From the sequence record SRR31156797_1290: a stretch of DNA of 42,818 nucleotides; one strand, given 5' to 3'. A program made the position numbers and the translations under genes. Positions 37,985-42,818 of the stretch are shown here, piece after piece. A model generated the notes under the pieces. The model was given only the letters and a program-made list of their open reading frames with translations, ran no database searches and was not told the origin of the DNA. Within the stretch, counting starts at the first letter, position 1; the number at the start of each line of letters is the position of its first letter.

Positions 37985-40018
37985 ATGAAGGAATTCTCAT
38001 CAGCCTGTCCCCGTAACTGTTACAGTACCTGTAGCATTAAAGTACGTGTGGAAGAGGACAAAGTAATTGGAATCGATCCACATCCTGAAAATAGGGCTAC
38101 ACCTGAAGGTCCTTGTATTAAAGGATTAGCTTATGTGGAGCGTGCTAATTCTAAGGATAGAATTTTGCATCCATTAAAGAGAATATCAGAGGGGAACTAT
38201 GAGTGTATTTCCTGGGAGAAGGCTTTAGATACAATTGTTGAAAAACTGAATTTCTGTAAAGAAAACTACGGTGCACATTCTGTTTTATTCTTTGCGGCAA
38301 GTGGAATGTCAGGTTTGCTGAATGGAGTAAGTACTAATTTTTGGAAACTATTCGGTGGAGCAACCACGACCTATGGGAATCTTTGTTGGCCTGCTGGTTT
38401 GGAAGCAACACGATTGACTTTAGGAGCAAACAAACACAACGCTCCCTGGGATCTGGAGAATGCAAAGCTGATACTGTTATGGGGAAAGAATCCTGCTGAG
38501 ACAAATATTCAGGAGATGATTCCTTTGGAGAAAGCACAGGAAAAAGGTGCAAAACTATTGGTAATTGACCCACGAAGAACACCTTCCAGCGAGCGAGCAA
38601 ATTCTCTATTTCAGATTAAATCGGGAACCGATGGTGCTCTGGCATTAGGGATTGCCCGAGAATTGATACACAACAATTGGATTGATAAGGAATTTATAGA
38701 AAAATATGTAATTGGCTTTGAGCAATTCAAAGAGCGAGTTGAAGCATATACATTAGACAGAGTATCAGAAATCTGTCGAATTTCGGTTGATGCCATTAAA
38801 AATTTGGCAAAACAAATTGGAACAGCTGATGCGATGACTTTGATTCCGGGATATGGTTTGCAACGATATGAAAATGGAGGTCAGACCACGCGCTGTATTC
38901 TTGCCCTTTCGATAATTACAGGAAATATTGGAAAACCAGGAGCTTGCTTTCATTACGCCAATCTGCAAAGCTATGTCTTCGATGATTTGAAAGAACCGGA
39001 ATCTTATTTCCCGGGATGCGAGCATGCAAGTTTCAGAAGAAAAATATCGGTTGCCAAATTGGGTGAGGATTTGTTGAATATTAAAAATCCGGAAGTAAAA
39101 TTCATTTGGGTGGAAAGGGGAAATCCTTTATCACAAAATCCAGATACCAATAAAATCAAAAAGGCTTTTCGAAAGGCAGATTTTAGAGTAGTTGTGGATC
39201 AGTTCATGACCGATACTACCTTAGAGGCAGATTTGATTCTACCAGCTAAGAATATGTTTGAGCAATCAGATATTGTTGGTTCATATTGGAATCCATATGT
39301 GCAATTAAGGCAGAAAGTAATGGAACCAGCTGGTGAGGTAAAACCTGAAACGGAAATCTATTATCTGTTAGCAAAGAAATTAGGATTTACAGACAAAGAA
39401 ATTAAAGAAAATATCCCTGAGCCTACTGATGAGGCTATAGAAGAATATCTAAATGCTTTCTTGAAAGATTTCCCAGAATTGAGTTTAGAGGAATTGAAAA
39501 AAGGACCGCAATTGGCAAACTCTTTTGAAGAGATTCCATTTTCAGATCATATATTTCCTACTCCATCAGGCAAAATAGAATTGTACAACGAGCAAGCGAA
39601 GGTAATGTGGGGAGTTGATCCCTTACCAGACTACGTCCCTTTGCCAGAACAAAACGAGTTTTCTTTGCAGTTGATCTCACCAAATTCGAAGAACAGAATT
39701 CATTCACAGTTTGGGAATTTAAATGTGATCAAGCAATTTGAACCCGAAGCATATCTTTTTGTACATCCATTGGATGCTGAAGATAAAACAATGAAGAATG
39801 GTGAAAAGGTGGTGATTTACAATCATCAGGGAAGAGCAGAAGTGAAGCTCCAATACGATTTGGGATTGCGAAGAGGAGATGTGGTATTGACAAATGGTCA
39901 TCAATCTCATTTGGGAGCTGCACCTAATCTGTTTACCAAAGGATGCGAAACAGATATGGGACACGGAACTGCCTTTCACAATACATGGATCAACTTGAAA
40001 TCTATTAACAATGAGTAA
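37985..40018 (+). CDS. Molybdopterin (bis-MGD) oxidoreductase catalytic subunit, no Tat signal
   Basis: N-terminal CPRNCYSTC...CIKG Fe-S motif, RILHPLKR, ISWEKALD, putative Cys ligand in GNLCWPAG, WGKNPAET, IDPRRT, DQFMTDT..ADLILPA, RIHSQF, VHPLDA. Confidence 0.92.
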   Translation: MKEFSSACPRNCYSTCSIKVRVEEDKVIGIDPHPENRATPEGPCIKGLAYVERANSKDRILHPLKRISEGNYECISWEKALDTIVEKLNFCKENYGAHSVLFFAASGMSGLLNGVSTNFWKLFGGATTTYGNLCWPAGLEATRLTLGANKHNAPWDLENAKLILLWGKNPAETNIQEMIPLEKAQEKGAKLLVIDPRRTPSSERANSLFQIKSGTDGALALGIARELIHNNWIDKEFIEKYVIGFEQFKERVEAYTLDRVSEICRISVDAIKNLAKQIGTADAMTLIPGYGLQRYENGGQTTRCILALSIITGNIGKPGACFHYANLQSYVFDDLKEPESYFPGCEHASFRRKISVAKLGEDLLNIKNPEVKFIWVERGNPLSQNPDTNKIKKAFRKADFRVVVDQFMTDTTLEADLILPAKNMFEQSDIVGSYWNPYVQLRQKVMEPAGEVKPETEIYYLLAKKLGFTDKEIKENIPEPTDEAIEEYLNAFLKDFPELSLEELKKGPQLANSFEEIPFSDHIFPTPSGKIELYNEQAKVMWGVDPLPDYVPLPEQNEFSLQLISPNSKNRIHSQFGNLNVIKQFEPEAYLFVHPLDAEDKTMKNGEKVVIYNHQGRAEVKLQYDLGLRRGDVVLTNGHQSHLGAAPNLFTKGCETDMGHGTAFHNTWINLKSINNE

Positions 40019-40059
40019 TGATCAATTAACAATTGGAGAAAAGTAGAAATTGTAAAATA

Positions 40060-40172
40060 ATCCCGAAGGGATGTAATTTGAATAACCACGGGTGAAGCCC
40101 GTGGACAACAAGATGTAAATCAATCGTCGCAACTGCAAAAGCTCAATGAAGAATTGGTGCAACATGCGGCGA
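40060..40172. repeat. Three consecutive hairpins (REP-like) in an intra-operon spacer
   Basis: ATCCC-gaa-GGGAT (40060-40072), CCACGGG-tgaag-CCCGTGG (40086-40104), TCGTCGCA...TGCGGCGA (~40124-40172). Confidence 0.55.
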
Positions 40173-40209
40173 AATATGAAGAGCTTTACATTAGTATAAG
40201 AGCAAAAAA

Positions 40210-41535
40210 ATGGAAAAAAACTCATTCATATTTAATACAAACAGATGCGTTGGCTGTAATGCTTGCGTAGCAGGTTGCAGCATTGAAAATGGCACCGATT
40301 TAATGATGAATTGGCGTGAGGTAAACACCGGAAACAAAATCAAACATCCAGGTTTGCCAGTCTTTCATTTCTCATTGGCATGCAATCATTGCGAGGGTGC
40401 TCCTTGCATGAAGCATTGCCCTGCTTTGGCTTACACACGTGATGAAAAAACGGGAGCTATCATCCATCACGCCGAGGCTTGCATCGGATGTACCTATTGT
40501 ACATGGGCTTGTCCTTACGATGCACCAAAGTTTAATCCTGCTACAAATATTGTAGAGAAATGTAATTTCTGTGTAGATAGAATATTCGATGGGAAAAAAC
40601 CAGCCTGCGTTGAAGCCTGTCCGGTAGGAGCATTGGATTTTGGACAATTGATTTTGAGTGATCAGGATAGAGTTACACCCGGTTTTGTGGATATGGGAAT
40701 CAAACCATCCATTCAATTGATTCCTTTACGGGAAGAAAATACTGCACCCAAAATTGAGAATACGGATCAGGTAGATATTGATGAGAAAAAGATAGAGGAG
40801 TGGTCACCTAAGCCAAAAGATAAGGTAGCACTGGATAAAGAGTGGACATTAGTATTGTTTACTCTTGCAGTTGCAGGATTGGTAAGTTGGCAAGCTGCGC
40901 ATTTGTTTGGAGCTGTTAAAATACCTATAATTCCTTTTGCAGCAATATCTGTTTTGGCAATTGCCTTAACATCATTGCACATTGGAAAAAAGCTGCGAAT
41001 GTGGCGATTCATTCTTAATCTAAAAGGCTCCTGGTTAAGTCGAGAAATATTTTCTTTTTCTGTTTTCCTAGGATGTACAGGGTTGCAGTTGATTACCGAA
41101 AATCAGCTATTTGGCTATGTAGCTTTGGCTTTTGGAATCTTTAGCTTGATATCTGTTGATATGGTTTACAAATTACTGCAGCGAAAAGATGGTCTTCCAG
41201 TGCATTCAGGAATGGTAAGTCTTACAGGTATTTTGTTTTTTGTTTGGCTGATCGAAGTCCCAATTATTATCGAACTAATAATTATATTAAAAGGAAGTTT
41301 ATACATTGCGAGGAAAGTATCATTACGACAATTGAGATTGAATTATTTTCCAGCTCTTTCATTGGTAAGAATTCTATGTTTGTTGATTCCATATATTCTA
41401 TTGGATATGCAATGGGAATTGAGCTTGCCAATTTCCTTAGCAATTATATATGCAGGAGAATTAATCGATAGAGCAGAATTTTATTATGAATCGGATGTGA
41501 TTACACCAGAGAAACAGTTACGAATTACGAATTAA
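40210..41535 (+). CDS. Fused DmsB-like 4x[4Fe-4S] subunit and DmsC-like membrane anchor
   Basis: All 16 Cys present (CVGCNACVAGC, CNHCEGAPCMKHCP, CIGCTYCTWACPY, CNFC...CVEACP), followed by EWTLVLFT, SLHIGK, NLKGSWLSRE and GELIDRAEFY of DmsC-type anchors. Confidence 0.9.
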   Translation: MEKNSFIFNTNRCVGCNACVAGCSIENGTDLMMNWREVNTGNKIKHPGLPVFHFSLACNHCEGAPCMKHCPALAYTRDEKTGAIIHHAEACIGCTYCTWACPYDAPKFNPATNIVEKCNFCVDRIFDGKKPACVEACPVGALDFGQLILSDQDRVTPGFVDMGIKPSIQLIPLREENTAPKIENTDQVDIDEKKIEEWSPKPKDKVALDKEWTLVLFTLAVAGLVSWQAAHLFGAVKIPIIPFAAISVLAIALTSLHIGKKLRMWRFILNLKGSWLSREIFSFSVFLGCTGLQLITENQLFGYVALAFGIFSLISVDMVYKLLQRKDGLPVHSGMVSLTGILFFVWLIEVPIIIELIIILKGSLYIARKVSLRQLRLNYFPALSLVRILCLLIPYILLDMQWELSLPISLAIIYAGELIDRAEFYYESDVITPEKQLRITN

Positions 41536-41553
41536 AATTACGATTAATAAGGA

Positions 41554-41581
41554 GTACACACGCAAGGCATTGCGTCTCTAC
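41554..41581 (-). repeat. GTAGAG-type REP
   Basis: Reverse strand GTAGAGACGCAATGCCTTGCGTGTGTAC, related to 32239-32268. Confidence 0.75.
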
Positions 41582-41595
41582 CAAAAAATATTATC

Positions 41596-42768
41596 ATGAA
41601 AAAAATAAACGCTAACCACACACCGCTTTACCGTGAAGCGGGATTCAACCTAAAAGATTCAATAACTACAAAGGAAGCTTTTGCGGCAGAATTAGATCAT
41701 CCGCACGAGCCGGAAAACTATATCTATTCTCGATACAGAAATCCAACCACAGTTGCAGTTGAGCAACAGATTATGGAATTGGAAGGTTGCAAATGGGCTT
41801 TATTGGTAGAAACAGGCATGGCTGCTATCGATGTGGCAGTATCTGTTTTTCAGAAAGGAAAAGATACGCGACCATGGCTGTTCTTTCATGAGATTTATGG
41901 TGGTACCAATTCGTTTATTGATACGGTTTTAATTAAGCGACGTAATTTGGATGTACACCGTTTTTATGCCAATGATGGTTTGTATGATTTCGAGGAGTTG
42001 GAACGCATGCTAAAGGAAATTCAACCTGAATTCCTGTATTTCGAAGCAGTTTCGAACCCAATGTTGATTGTAGCGGATGTAAAGCGCATAATGGAATTGG
42101 CAAAGAAATACGACTGTAAAATTATTGTTGACAATACATTTGGAACACCATATTTGTGGAAGCCATTGCTGGATGGTGCTGATTTGGTCATCCACTCTGC
42201 AACCAAATACATGAGCGGACATGGAAATATTACAGCAGGTGTAATTTGTGGTAACGATGAGGAATTGATGAAAGAAGCCATTGAGTATCGCAAATGGGCT
42301 GGTCATTTCTTGAGTCCTGATGATGCTTACCGTTTGGGATCACAATTAAAGAGTTTCGATTTGCGCTTTAAGCAGCATTGCGATAATGCATTGGCACTTG
42401 CAGATTACCTTCAAGAGCATCCTAAAATTGATGAGGTATTGTATCCAGGTTTGGAATCTCATCCTACACGAAAAGAAGCTGTTGCCTTGTTTGGAGATAA
42501 AGGCTTTGGTGGTATGGTCACTTTCGATATTAAAGGAGATTCGAATGAAGACAAGCGTGAAAAGTGTAATCGCTTTATAGCCGCTTTGGAGGAGACTATT
42601 CCATTGGTACCAACACTTGGCGAAGTAGATACTATTCTGTTACCTGTAGAACCTGTTTGGGGAGCTAAATATCCACTTCCGGGAACAATTCGATTATCTG
42701 TTGGAATTGAGAATGTCGAGAAATTGAAAGGGTGGATTGGGAAGGCACTGGATTCAATTAATAATTAA
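41596..42768 (+). CDS. Cys/Met metabolism PLP enzyme (cystathionine gamma-synthase/lyase or methionine gamma-lyase family)
   Basis: YSRYRNPT, TGMAAI, IYGGT, EAVSNP, VDNTF, HSATKYMSGH (PLP Lys), YPGL.SHP, IRLSVGIE. Confidence 0.92.
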   Translation: MKKINANHTPLYREAGFNLKDSITTKEAFAAELDHPHEPENYIYSRYRNPTTVAVEQQIMELEGCKWALLVETGMAAIDVAVSVFQKGKDTRPWLFFHEIYGGTNSFIDTVLIKRRNLDVHRFYANDGLYDFEELERMLKEIQPEFLYFEAVSNPMLIVADVKRIMELAKKYDCKIIVDNTFGTPYLWKPLLDGADLVIHSATKYMSGHGNITAGVICGNDEELMKEAIEYRKWAGHFLSPDDAYRLGSQLKSFDLRFKQHCDNALALADYLQEHPKIDEVLYPGLESHPTRKEAVALFGDKGFGGMVTFDIKGDSNEDKREKCNRFIAALEETIPLVPTLGEVDTILLPVEPVWGAKYPLPGTIRLSVGIENVEKLKGWIGKALDSINN

Positions 42769-42796
42769 CAATGAAGAATTAATAATAGAATAATCT

Positions 42797-42818
42797 GTAG
42801 GGACATGCCATGGCATGT
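42797..42818 (+). repeat. REP (GTAGGG family), truncated by window end
   Basis: GTAGGGACATGCCATGGCATGT. Confidence 0.85.

Noticed and set aside
41596-42768. Specific call as methionine gamma-lyase (megL) or metB
   Set aside because: Family is clear, but YGGT replaces the YGCT typical of methionine gamma-lyase and specificity cannot be read from sequence.

Overview
Bacterial chromosomal window, most likely Bacteroidota (inferred from gene families, lack of Shine-Dalgarno motifs and TAnnTTTG-type promoter boxes). In order it holds: (1) a MacB/FtsX-type ABC exporter divergent from a sigma-54 two-component system; (2) small accessory genes (TPR, SnoaL, DUF6263-like, GyrI-like); (3) an accessory island at about 13.7-19.6 kb with a REP-associated HUH transposase (RAYT) in a dense REP cluster, a gene frameshifted near its start, a decayed 21-bp tandem array, and an HNH nuclease + repeat coiled-coil membrane protein + degenerate PD-(D/E)XK-like trio; (4) two exported proteins, one OmpA-family; (5) an NrfC/NrfD/cytochrome c module directly upstream of a Campylobacterota-style napAGHBD nitrate reductase operon; (6) an Lrp regulator divergent from an operon for a four-subunit 2-oxoacid:ferredoxin oxidoreductase, an aminotransferase, a Tat-less molybdoenzyme with a fused DmsB-DmsC partner and a trans-sulfuration PLP enzyme. 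The least explained signal is a ~100-nt leader found twice (11689 and 23610) before unrelated genes. Each copy has an 8-codon uORF (MKRPxLxx) inside a long hairpin. All calls come from reading the sequence; no searches were run.
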